From the NCBI GenBank assembly GCA_018398765.1, contig JAHBMJ010000245.1, positions 62,001 through 126,000 of the forward strand: a stretch of DNA of 64,000 bases. Direction: 5' to 3'. This DNA comes from Chromera velia (lineage: Eukaryota). Both the position numbers and the translations under genes were made by a program. The notes below the pieces were generated by a model. That model saw only the letters and a program-made list of their open reading frames with translations. It had not been told where the DNA came from and did no database searches. Of the stretch, positions 11,369-22,480 are shown one piece after another. Numbering within the stretch: position 1 is the first letter of the stretch; each line of letters begins with the position of its first letter.

Positions 11369-12530
11369 ATTGAATGAACAGCCATGCAGAGAGAAGGAGA
11401 AGTGAGACAACAAAACAGAAATGTGTGCGTGTTTTTGTTTGTGTTGTTGATGAATGATAGACGTGACAACGAAAGAAGGCAAACAGACAGACGAATGGTG
11501 CTCCTTCCTTTCCGCAAACGTCCCATGTCTCCCTCACCATCTCACCCGTTTTTTCACTGTCTCAGCACTCATGTAAGCGTAGTTGACTTCCTTTTCTTCG
11601 ACTCCCTCAGCGTCACGCTCAGCCGCTGACTGTTCCAGCTTGCCGGCCTTTTGCAATTTGGCTTACTCGGCCTGATTTTGTTGAAACCCTGGTCTGAATG
11701 TTTGTTTGTCGCGTGCCAGAGGAAGAAGAGACGTGCGTTACCTGTCTGTCGTGTGAGGGGGGGGGGTCTGTCTGGATCAATTGGGAGGGGATGACGGAAG
11801 TAAAGAACAGAGACAGACAGACAGAAAGAAAAAGAACTCGGCTAAAACCGCCAGCTCTGTAGAAGCACAAAGAAAGAAACTTGTCAATGCATGATGGAGC
11901 ACGGTGTCTTTTTTTTCTTTCGTTCCATTTTTCATCTCGCTTCCTTCCATTCTCCCTCTTTCTGTCTGTCTTTCTTTGGTTCTTTGTGACTTATCTCATG
12001 GCTGACCTTTCCGAGAAGAGCAAGAAGCCCAGGTGCGTGGCGGCGCCTCCTGCATAGGCCAAATGCATGGTGCAGTCTATACCGCATCTATCTGCCTCTT
12101 GACACTACTTTATTGCAGCGAATGTAGTCCCTCTTGTTGCTTGGTGTGGAATTTTCACCCTCCGTCTGTACATCAACACCTCCATCTGTTTCGTTTGCTT
12201 ACTACATTTCCGCCTCTTTCTTTGAATGTGTGCATGTCCAGGTATTTTGGTTTGTGGGGATGAGGGAGGGAGAGAGGGGGTAGGAGAGTGAAACCATTTT
12301 TGTTTATGGTTTTGTTTGTCCATTTTTCAGGAGGGGGGCTTGCAAGGACGAGGAAGGAAGGCAAGGGGGGCAAAGCGAGGGAAGAGCAGGACAAGGATCG
12401 TCGAAACGAGGGGGGATTTTGTCGACTCGAGGAGAATGCAGTACACGCACTGAGACGTCCAGAATTTGAACATGTAATCTTGAATTTCATAATAGTAGTA
12501 GATTTGAAGGAAACTTTGGTGTATGTTGTA

Positions 12531-12923
12531 CTACCCTAGGCGACAAAATTATTGAATAAAATTTTTAAGTTTGGCGAAGTTTCATTTTTGGGGACGACAT
12601 TGGATCAAGCTCCCTTCTTTGAAAGTTTTGGAGCCAGTGTGTTACTGGTGTGATGCTAGGGCTGTATTGGCTCATCTTTGCCTATATAACTACTATTGAA
12701 ACCAATACAGCCAATTTGAGACCCTTAGGGTCGTTCGCGGTGTGTAAAAAACATATTTTCATAAGGTTGATAGCAAATAGATATAGAATAGCCTTGACAC
12801 AGTAACAAAATAAAACCATTTTAAAAACAATTTAATTAAAAGTATTGTTTCCTTCTTTGCTCTATCTCTTTAACTTTTTTGTATCACTTAAATTTTATTC
12901 AATAATTTTGTTGTCTAGGGTAG
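12531..12923. mobile_element. MITE (393 bp) with ~34-bp terminal inverted repeats and TA flanks (Tc1/mariner-like)
   Basis: CTACCCTAGGCGACAAAATTATTGAATAAAATTT (12531-12564) matches the reverse complement of 12890-12923 with 2 mismatches. TA at 12529-12530 and 12924-12925. AT-rich non-coding interior. Confidence 0.8.
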
Positions 12924-13629
12924 TAAGCCTGTGCCGTACCCCCTTTTGGGTGGAGTCCCGGTGGGCCTGGTCTGCTTTTTGTGCATGCTTGTCGAGGTAG
13001 CTTAACTTCAAATGATCAAAGGGCCCTCGGATAGGGGCACTTCAAAAAAATAAAAAACATTTATCATATCAGAAATCATCCAATCATGACTCCAGTTCTT
13101 TGTAGCATAGCACCCTACTAGTAGATACCATCGCAAGCCAGCCGGCCTAGCAGCCAGCCGGAGAGACCTAGTTTATATAGCCTTTAACTACTGGTTAGTA
13201 GTGAATCCTAGAGTAAATCTTAAATTATATGTAGTAGTCACGGTTACATCCATTTGTTACATGATTTGTAACTTCAATTCAATTGTGACTTAAACCCTGA
13301 CTTTACATGTTATGAAAATATTATTCAATACTAGTAAAAGTCTGGTATAATAATATTAATAAGTATGATATAGTGTTTGATCGATTTGCTAATACATAGT
13401 ACATCGATTGTCTAGTCGATCAGTCTGCCGGGCTAGCTGCCAGGCAGTGCTAGCCTAGCTGACAGTCGATCTAGGTTTCAGCTTGCCACTTTCAATAAAA
13501 AATACTGACTTCTGGCTTAGCTTCTGGCTAGACTTCTAGTAGCATGAGTGTATAGACTAAGCTTCAAGTTTAACTGACTGGGTCTGACCCCGTGAGTCCA
13601 CATTATTTTAATGGTCTCTGTCAACTCGC

Positions 13630-13725
13630 GGACATTCGGCTAATTCGGCATTGGGGGGCAATTTGGGGTGGGAGGTCAATCCTCCGAGCACTAGTCTGAG
13701 CATAAATCCCAATCCCAATCCTAAT
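13630..13725 (+). repeat. Dispersed repeat, copy 1 (ends in AATCC(C/T) hexamers); inverted copy at ~62815-62885
   Basis: GGACATTCGGC..ATTGGGG..GGAGG(T/C)CAATCCTCCGA(G/A)CA..AAATCC(C/T)AATCC(C/T)AATC is shared with the reverse complement of 62815-62885. Confidence 0.65.
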
Positions 13726-13789
13726 TATATAATAAAGTCTTATACTGAAGTTATACATGTAGTAAACTAGCAGATATAGTAAATTTACT

Positions 13790-13790
<1 letters not shown>

Positions 13791-13841
<51 letters not shown>

Positions 13842-13955
13842 CTGATTGATTGATTGATTGATTGATGGATTGAATGATTGATTGATTGATTCAATTTGAT
13901 TGATTGATTGATTGATCGATCAGATTGAATCGTGATTGAATCAGATTGATTGATT
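13791..13955. repeat. (ATTG)n microsatellite followed by a GAAG-rich low-complexity tract (~14030-14180)
   Basis: Directly visible. Confidence 0.9.
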
Positions 13956-14287
13956 GCATGATAGGTTCCGCAGTAGGCAGCGGCAGCGACAGGAACCTGG
14001 CTGCGCAGATTGTTGACGACCTGCGGAGAGTAGGAAGGAAGGAAGGGAGGGAGGGAGGAAAGAAGGAAGAAAGGGAAGCCGGAAGGGAAGTAAGGAAGGA
14101 AGGAACAAAAGAAGGAACAAAGCAACGAAGGAATCAACAGAGAAAGGAACGAAGAGAGGAACGAACGGATGAAGGAAGCGAAGCTACAAGGAGGCAGACC
14201 CCACCGGCCTATGACAGCCTAATTCATCGACTCGGAGAAGGATGGTGGAACACAAATTAAGAGAAAGAGAGAGAGAAAACCGAGTAC

Positions 14288-16740
14288 CTGGAGGTGTCGA
14301 TGAATGGCATCGAGCACGATCGTCAAAGAGATGTCGTCCTTCTCTCTCTGCATTTGCCACTCAGTCCGCTTTCGGCGTTCTTCCTCTTTCTTGTCCTCCT
14401 CCTCCGACCCTGGCCCCCCTCCTCTTCTTGCCCTTTCGGGACTTGCATGTTCTCTCCCGCCTGAGGGCCACCTTGCGCTGGCGCCCCGCTGTCTCCCCCC
14501 GTCTCCGGCCTTTCCACCCTCCTCCCACCCTGCTCCCTCGAGAGGGTGTTCAGGAGTCCCAGTTGGTCCATCAGCTCCCTGATCGGCCTGCGGCCATTCA
14601 AGCAGTACGGACGGAAATGTGAAAAGCGCAGAAGGAAAAAATGACCATGCATCCAAACATACATTCCGACCGATCTTTCGAGGTTGTCTATCCCTCCCAG
14701 CCACGAAATGATGACAAATGGAAGCGCACGACATTGATTTGCTTATCACTCAGCCACATTTCCAGACGCATATCATTTGGCATACGGTGACTGGAAAAGC
14801 GATGACTTTGGTATACAACGCCTGCATAGAGACTCGTAAATCGACCAGGCAAGACACCTTGGCGCTGCAGGCAAGGCTGCTGACTGACTGGTGCCTTCGC
14901 TCCGCGATCTCACGGATGCGACTCTCCACTCTCTCTCCCTCCGAAGGTGCCTGAGATATGCAGGAGACAGGGGCCAGAAACCGAAGTTATCCTACGGCGA
15001 GCCTAGACGGCGAGCAGTCTTCTCCATGCATGTGTGCAGGTCAAAACGCAATCATACGGGTAGAGGACAAGAGGGGTTGGCTTTGACAGAACAGAGCGAA
15101 AACCAAAGTGGAGAAAATTGAAGCCCAGAGCCGCCCCGGAAGACGTCACTATCTGGTGAGTGCAAAGTTGTATGGGCGACAACAAACGGCATTTTAATGC
15201 CGATAGGAATTCTGTTTGCATGAGGAAAGAGAGGGCCCTCATGTGTTGCAAAAAGCGGATCGAAATGAGACGTGCCTGACGCGACAAAAAACTGACTTCC
15301 ACCTGCTGTTCCCCTCCAAAGTGCGAGAAAGGAAAGGGTGGAACTACGTAAAAGAGCGCCGATCGCTCAGGCGTCTGCAGTGTGGTCACACAATTGGACG
15401 TAAAATTTGTGCGCAAAAACAAGGAAGTAGAGAGAAAAGTTTAAGCGCAGCATGAAAGGCAGAGGATAAAAAGGAGCCAACTGATGACGGTGTATTGTAA
15501 GCTTCTCTCAAGTGTGTGAGTCAAACCATTAGGCTTTCGCGCATGGACACGTGCTGCCACTGCCAAATTTCCCGAAGTCGGCAATCGATGAACCCCCCCT
15601 CTGCAGACCCCAAAAAAGTTACTCACCTCTCAAAGAGGGAACCGTGTGAAGTACTGAGAGAGGTCCATCCCCAAGTCCGATGGCGTTCCCCCCGACGGGA
15701 CGCCATGTTCCCTTGCAAGAACCTCCCTCCAGATGCGACGATGCCCGCCACATTCCCTCTCAGCCTCTTCGGCGTGTGGAAGGGCAGCTGTGGAGAGGGA
15801 GGATATCCCCCCTCTGCTGCAGCATCCGAGTCTCCCCCCTCTCCCTCGTCGATTTCCTCGCCCCTCTTCTCACCGCCCTCTCCTTTCCTGTCGTCGTCCT
15901 CATTCGTCTGCTTGCCCCCCTCCTCACCCTTCCAGCCGTCTCCGTTGGTCTCTCTGTCTGTTTCCTTCTCACCCATCTTCTCTCTCCCCCCTTCTGCGCC
16001 ATCCTCCCCGCTATTGCCTCCATCTCCTTCAAAACGCTCGCCCCCCCATCGTCATCCCCGTCGCCTCCCTCTCCACCAAAAAGCCTCTGCAGTTCTTGCA
16101 GAAGGGCCGAAACGGCCTCCCAGGCACTCTCCTTCCCCTCTGCTGCGAGCATCAAGGGCTCCCTGGTGGCCTCCTTCTGTCCCGCAGGCAGAAATTCCGA
16201 CCCGATCACCGCTGCTGCCCGCGGATTTCCCGGAGGGAACACAAGGACAGCCCCAAAATTCTTACTGGGGAGACGCTTGAACACTCTCTCCACTCCCTTC
16301 AACTCCCCCCGCTTGCACATCTCCTCCGATGCGACAAACAGAGACGGGAACTTCTTCGACTTTTTGGAGAAAAGTGCTGCAGACAGATGCAAACAAGCAT
16401 ATCTCTTCAAAGACTTGCAGCTCAATTTCGTCTTCTTATCAGCAGGCGCGCAATGAGAATCATGTGCGGATCGACACCTCAAGGTGTATCTGAGTGGGAA
16501 AAAAATTTAAACTCAAGTTGACCTCTGGCGTCACAGCCACTTCTCAAAATTCCTGCACACATGTCAATGAAAAGCCCCAAATGGAGCAGCTGACCGATGA
16601 TTCTTCCCGGCTCAAACCTCCCCAGCTGCAGTAGCCCCTTGCACTGCGGTCCCTCGTAAAGATAAAAAGGAGCCCGCTCCCCTGGCTGGAGGAGACGGGC
16701 TTTGCTCACAGACAGGACACAATAAAAAAAAATCTGCAAT
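14288..16740 (-). pseudogene. Spliced pseudogene of an unknown protein
   Basis: Protein-like frames (PFYLYEGPQCKGLLQLGRF; AWEAVSALLQELQRLF; HRRIWREVLAREHGVP..FTRFPL*E) joined by phase-consistent introns: donor 15626, exon 14950-14889, exon 14587-14288. Continuity needs frameshifts (~15985, ~15800) and an in-frame TGA at ~15631. Both ends uncertain. Confidence 0.5.
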
Positions 16741-17557
16741 TCCAGCTCTGGTCTGAACTTCGGCGACCCCCCCTTTCACCACCCCACGGGAGAGAGGGAA
16801 AGATACGAACACGACCACTCAGTCTGGTCCCCTTCCTGGACTTGCAACAATGCGCTACTGCAGTTTTGTTCCCATAAAGGGAAGCTCGTCAGGCGCTTTT
16901 GTTGATTGAACCTGATTGAAACTGTTAGAACAAACAATTGCAAGCTTACACCGAGGTGATTGACCGTGTCAATCAGATGCTTGAAAGCAGAAAACAAGAA
17001 CAGCCATGACTGTCATTGACTGACTGCATGAGCAAAAATATATATCTGTATTGCAAAATTCAGCGCAAATTAAATAAATTGATTTAATTGCATACGCAAA
17101 TTAAATCGATTAATTCAATTATGCATGCTATATGAGCTCGCGGCTTGCCCTACACCCCCCGCTAGCAATGTTGAGCATGCATACCTGCGCCCGATCAAAA
17201 ATTAAACGCGTATACGCGTCATGAAACGTACTGTTGCTTCAAAGAACAACAGTTCCGAGTCCTCCAAACAGTTCCTAATTGTTGGACGGAAACATCAGAC
17301 AGCCCTGGCCATTGCACCCTTCGCCGAAGCATGAGGTTCGGTGTCAGTCACTGTCGTAAAATTTGGCAGTAAGTCTTTCAATTTGAGACACAGGACGGAA
17401 ACTTTGCGCAGTGCATTGGTTGAGTTCGTGTCTTTCCAGTCCTGTCAACTAAGATCGATCCACCCTTCTTTCCACTGCTTTCGAACCAGTGCGACTGGTC
17501 GCACACTTCTGGTTCTTCTGTGTTGACAGCTCTTTTGTTTTTCTTGAAAGATCCGCC

Positions 17558-18487
17558 ATGGATCCAAACAACGAGACTGCTTTGAGGAAGCAGTGGACCA
17601 CCCTCTTCAAACAGGCTGTTGATGAGGACAGTTGGGGGCAGGTGGTGGAAGCTCAGGAACATTATGTGAAGCTTGGAGGTCTAATCACAGCAAAAAGCTC
17701 CGCCATGCAGAACGTGGCATCTGCAGATAGAGACCTGATGAACAGACTCGCCCTCTGTCTGAGCGCACGGGCCAAGGTGTTGAGATCTACAGCAGAAGCT
17801 ACAGAGAAGGACATATCCCATGCAGACATGAAACTGCTCAGTCCGTTCTTCGAAAAGCTTTTTGTCCCCAGCGCAGGCGACACCAAAATCCCCATACCCT
17901 CGTCAAAGTACGAGTCCGCCCCTCCCTGCAAGCCCGTTGCGGTCGGCATTGTATTGTCGGGAGATGACGATGAGCCCGTAGCCACGGGGGGGGGGGCGAC
18001 CCAGATGCCAGCAGAGAGCGTCATCAAAGCGGCAAAGTCCGTGGGAGGAACATTAGTAGCGGTGCGCATTGACCGCATAGGCTTGAAAGACGCGCAGGTT
18101 TACATCAACCCCACGATGACCGTCATCGTTGCAGATCAACTGGGTACCTCCCTAGACACGCAAGACACACCAGTAGCAGTCGAGAAGAGAGTGAACCATG
18201 TTGTGTTCAACAATACGGTGTATCTTCGTGTGTCTTTGGAGCAGATGCAGAAGGAGGGGTGTGGGATTTTCTTTGAATTTAAGCATTTCAAACCGAAGAA
18301 AAACAAGATGTCGGTCCGATGCTGGGCGTTTATGGAGATGGCCGAACTTCGAAAGGACGAGGAAATTGTCCTTGAAATCTACCACAAGCCGACTGATCTG
18401 AGAAAGAGAAGGTTGCGGCTCCATTCCGAGAAGGACCTGTTCCTTCACGTCTTCCCGACTTTTGTCAAAGGGGGGGGCGGAACATAG
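17558..18487 (+). CDS. AIDA: Axin interactor, dorsalization-associated protein homologue (Aida N-terminal helical bundle + AIDA-type C2 domain), 309 aa, intronless
   Basis: N-terminal W...F..A...DSWGQVVEA..Y motif; C-terminal IDRIGLKDA..YINP, IFFEFKHFKPKKNKMSVRCWAFME and LEIYHKPTD..K.RL.L motifs; ATG in GCCATGG context. Confidence 0.9.
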   Translation: MDPNNETALRKQWTTLFKQAVDEDSWGQVVEAQEHYVKLGGLITAKSSAMQNVASADRDLMNRLALCLSARAKVLRSTAEATEKDISHADMKLLSPFFEKLFVPSAGDTKIPIPSSKYESAPPCKPVAVGIVLSGDDDEPVATGGGATQMPAESVIKAAKSVGGTLVAVRIDRIGLKDAQVYINPTMTVIVADQLGTSLDTQDTPVAVEKRVNHVVFNNTVYLRVSLEQMQKEGCGIFFEFKHFKPKKNKMSVRCWAFMEMAELRKDEEIVLEIYHKPTDLRKRRLRLHSEKDLFLHVFPTFVKGGGGT

Positions 18488-19037
18488 ACAGATGGACAGG
18501 TAGACGGACAGGCAAATAGAAGCTGGCAGACAGGGGGGTGGGCAGGAGGGTTGAGGCGATCCGAAAAGTGAGAAATCAGGAAGGAGAGAACTATTTTCTT
18601 ATTCTGTCTCTCTGTGACATCAGGTGTAGGAGAGATTGGTAGCAGTCTGTGTGGAGAGAATTAAGTGTTGATTCGGGAGGAGGTCTTTGTTCTCAGAAGG
18701 GCATGCAGGCCGCCCGGTGTTTGCTGCTGGGAATGGAGAGAGAACGTGCGGAAGTGGAGGGCTGTATGGCCAGATCAGATCTTGTCTCTCCGTTCCTCCT
18801 TCCTTCCACTCTGCCTTTCTTGTGCTTGTCCTGTTTGTTTATCGACTTAGGGCTGTCGGGATGCTGTCAGGCTGCCCTTCTGGAGTGGGAGGGACAGTCT
18901 GCATGTGTGCGGCCGACTCTGCCGACCTAATTCATCGAATCGCACGGTCGAGTCTGGCGGCACAATTGCAAATACGTACAGATAGGTAATCCTGTAAGCC
19001 TGTGGCTCGCCATTGTGCCCATTTTCTCTCTCTCNNN

Positions 19038-19095
<58 letters not shown>

Positions 19096-19096
19096 T
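19038..19096. repeat. (TG)n microsatellite next to an assembly gap (NN at 19036-19037)
   Basis: Directly visible. Confidence 0.9.
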
Positions 19097-20239
19097 ATTA
19101 CCTAGATCCTAGTGTTAATCGAAATTCGAAATATAAGCTAAAATTATTAATTCATTGATTGATTGATTCGTTCTGCGCTAGGCCTTTCTAATTGAAAAAT
19201 ATAATAAAAATATTTAGTTTTTACTAGTAGTTTTAAGTTAGAATTAGTATTTAGTTGAAAATCATTCAGACAGTCTGAGTTCAAGTAACTTAGTTGAGAG
19301 TGCATCAAACAGGTCTAGAAAGAGGTTTATCATAATTTATTGTCAGGCCCAGATAATTATAAACTGTAGTTATGAACCGCATCTAGCTAAGTACTACAGC
19401 TACTGCTACATAGCAACTCAATTTAAGTCAATGCCATAAAATACATAGCAACTCAAGATTGACAACCAATATATCAACCATATTTAAAACTCCACTAGCA
19501 GCTCAGGACGAGCTACAACTATAGATCTTGAATCACATTCTAAGTCAGTATAAAATTAAATTATTATTAATTATAATACCAAAGTTGTGGTGGTACATAT
19601 TAATTATACATAACAGGAAAGTTTATAAAATAAAGGCAGTTTGGCGGGGAGCAAATGATCTCCTCACTATTCTTTTTCAGCCTGGGGTGAAATTGATTAG
19701 AACTCGATCAATCACACAGGCTGACTATCTGCCAGGCAATGTCGATCATCACTGCCATGTTTTTTCATATTGGATCAACAAAGTCAACAAACCTTTCTTC
19801 AACCAGTTGTCTATGCATACAGGTAGAGGAAAAAGGGGATGGAAGAGAGAGATATTAATAGTAGAAAGCGATGATGAGAGAGCATCTCAAACTTGATCAG
19901 TCGATTGATTGATCCCTCCAGCTCTCCCTGAGTGTTTATGAGATTGGTGCTGTGAATCAGCACTTCCGTTGGAGCCACTTACCCAGTGTCCCCTTTCTGC
20001 CCCACTGCTTCCCCGTCCCCCTTTTCTGTTAATAAAATCGTCCAACAATTCATCATCAGACCTGTCGAAAAGTGCGGCTGCTGATTTGCACGCACCACTA
20101 CAGCAGCATCAGTTGGAATCATTCGCGCCATGCAAATTCAAAATCCTCTCCCGATTTTTACAACAGTGTCTCGATCGAGGAAGCATGCATGTGCGCACTT
20201 ATTCACAATCCGTGTACCCCCCCTCCCTCCCCCCCCACT

Positions 20240-22344
20240 TCACTTCATGCGATCTGGATTTATGCGAATGCCCCCCCCTGCATACTCCGCTTGTTGCAAA
20301 TCCTCCCCTGCCTCCAGTCGGGCATTCAGACCTTTGTTCACCCCACTCTTCTGAGCAGCCATTGAGGACCCAGCCAAACGAGAGGCCATGCGGAAGACGT
20401 TCGGAGACGCCCCCCCACCTGACCCCGGCACTGCCAACCCCCCGCCCCCGCCGTCTCGCTTGGGAGACGGCGCCAGCCTCGAGCCGCTCGGACTGAGGCC
20501 AGCAGGGCCCCTGCCCTCAGGCGCTCTGAGGGACGACGTGGGGTTCCTCCCGACGCCCCCTCCGAGGGCCTTTGAGTCCGGCTGTTGATCCTTCGGGAGG
20601 CTGGAGAGGACGTGGCCGAGACGGTGGATCAGAACGACCACCTGCAGGCAAAGACGGGGATGAGTTAACGTTATTGGAATACATCACTATGAGGTGAGAG
20701 AACGCAGAGAGGATAAATCGGGACAATGCAAGCAAGGGAAAAGTGAAGAAAGGATGGGAAGAAAAAGAGCCGCCCCAATGAGAAGGGGAGAGGAACAGAA
20801 GAGATCTGAAGAGAAGGGAAATAGATAAACGATCTGATTGAAGATGCTGACTTGATCGAGTGCCTGGACGGCTTCGGTGACTTCTTTTCCGATTTCCTCT
20901 TTTGACAATGACGCATCGACAGGAAGTTCGGGCTCTTTGGAGTCGTCGAATGTGAACAGCTCTCTGATGTTCGAGGAGATAGTTCGGACTCGTGTGTTCA
21001 ACTCATCCTGCTTCTTTTCCCTCCATTCCTCCTTCTCCTTCTCTGCTTGTCGTCTGGCTTCCTCGGCCTGTGCCAATTTCTCCTTCTCTCTGTTTTCCTT
21101 CCTCGCCCTGACAATTGAGGCTGCCTGTTCCAAATCATCATCCTCGCTCATCACATCGACGTCCATCTGCATAGAAGCCATGGTGGAACGCCGTCGCGTG
21201 ATGGCTCTCTGCTTCTCGTCAAGGTCCTTCTCCGCTCTCTCCAACTTCTTTCGTGCCATCAACATCGCCACCTGCCCTGCTGCCTTCAGCTTGCTGCCGA
21301 GCATGGACGATTTTCCCGTCTCTGACAGGGGGGCACCCTCCTTGAGGGCCTGACTCTGCGCGGCTTCGTACTCCTCCTGCCGTCTCCTGACCTCGTCCTG
21401 CTTCTCCTTGAGGTCCTTCATCATCTGCGTGCGTCAGTGGGAGGGGGGGGGNNNNNNNNNNNNNNNNNNNNNNGGGGGGGGGGGGGGGGCATGTGTAAAA
21501 AAATCGACTGCTGTTGTGTTGCAATTTGTTTTTCGTCTGAAATTCTTTTGTATGCGATATTGGCTTTTGTTTGCATGCCGGCCTTCGTCTACATCAGGAA
21601 AAGCAGAATAGAGGTAAAGAATCAAAATCTGGGGGAGGACAGAGAGAAAGCGGTTCAAGTGCAAAATCCTGCGTTTAGATCAAAGGACCGCAGAAGTGTG
21701 AATAAAGCAAATGGAATATATGGGCATATCAGAATATGAAGAAGAGGGGGAAGGGAAGGATGAAAAAGGAAGAAGAAAAGTGTAGAATGTACCTACCTCT
21801 TCCTGCATTTTCTGCATTCTCTTTTTCTTTTTCTGGTTCAACTTCTCCTGCATCCTCCGCATCTGCAGTTGCCTCTCGATGTCGAGTCTTCTCTCGAGTT
21901 CCTGAATCTCAGAGTCGTGTCTGTCCATAATATTCTTCCTGATAACTGCTGCTTCCTCTCCGTCACCTTTTCGGAATCTCTCCATCCTTCTCTTTTGCAG
22001 CTCTTGTCTCTGCTGTTTCAATCTCTCTTTTGTCTCCTTCATCTTTGCTTCTGCAGCTTCTCTCACGCGTTTCCGCTCTTCTGCGAGCTTTGCCTGCAGT
22101 GCCCTCTCCCTCTCCTCAATCTTCTTTTGCGCCTCCTCCTCCTTCTCCTCGTACTCTCTTTGGAGCACGCTGAAGTGCTCCTCCATCACCTTCGCCTGTT
22201 CCCTCTGGAGGGACGCGAGCTTCTGTTTCTCCAACTCGAGAACTTCATGCCAAGAGGAGGCGAAGTCACTGCCCTCGTCGATAAACTTTTGGGCCATTTC
22301 TGTAGGGAGTGTGAATGGAGGGGATTGTGAGGAGAGGAAGGAAA

Positions 22345-22380
<36 letters not shown>

Positions 22381-22413
22381 ACACTCACATTCACATTCAC
22401 ATTCACACTCACA

Positions 22414-22480
<67 letters not shown>

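Noticed and set aside
10651..11526. 291-aa and 205-aa antisense ORFs over the FBPase 3' end
   Set aside because: Shadow frames of real exons plus intron/UTR sequence; no recognisable protein features.
13289..13300. TAAACCCT telomere-like words (also ~62381)
   Set aside because: Single occurrences, expected by chance in AT-rich DNA.
21440..21490. Poly-G tract as a G-quadruplex element
   Set aside because: Spans an N gap (21452-21473), so true sequence and length are unknown; it is the intron's C-rich tract before an acceptor.
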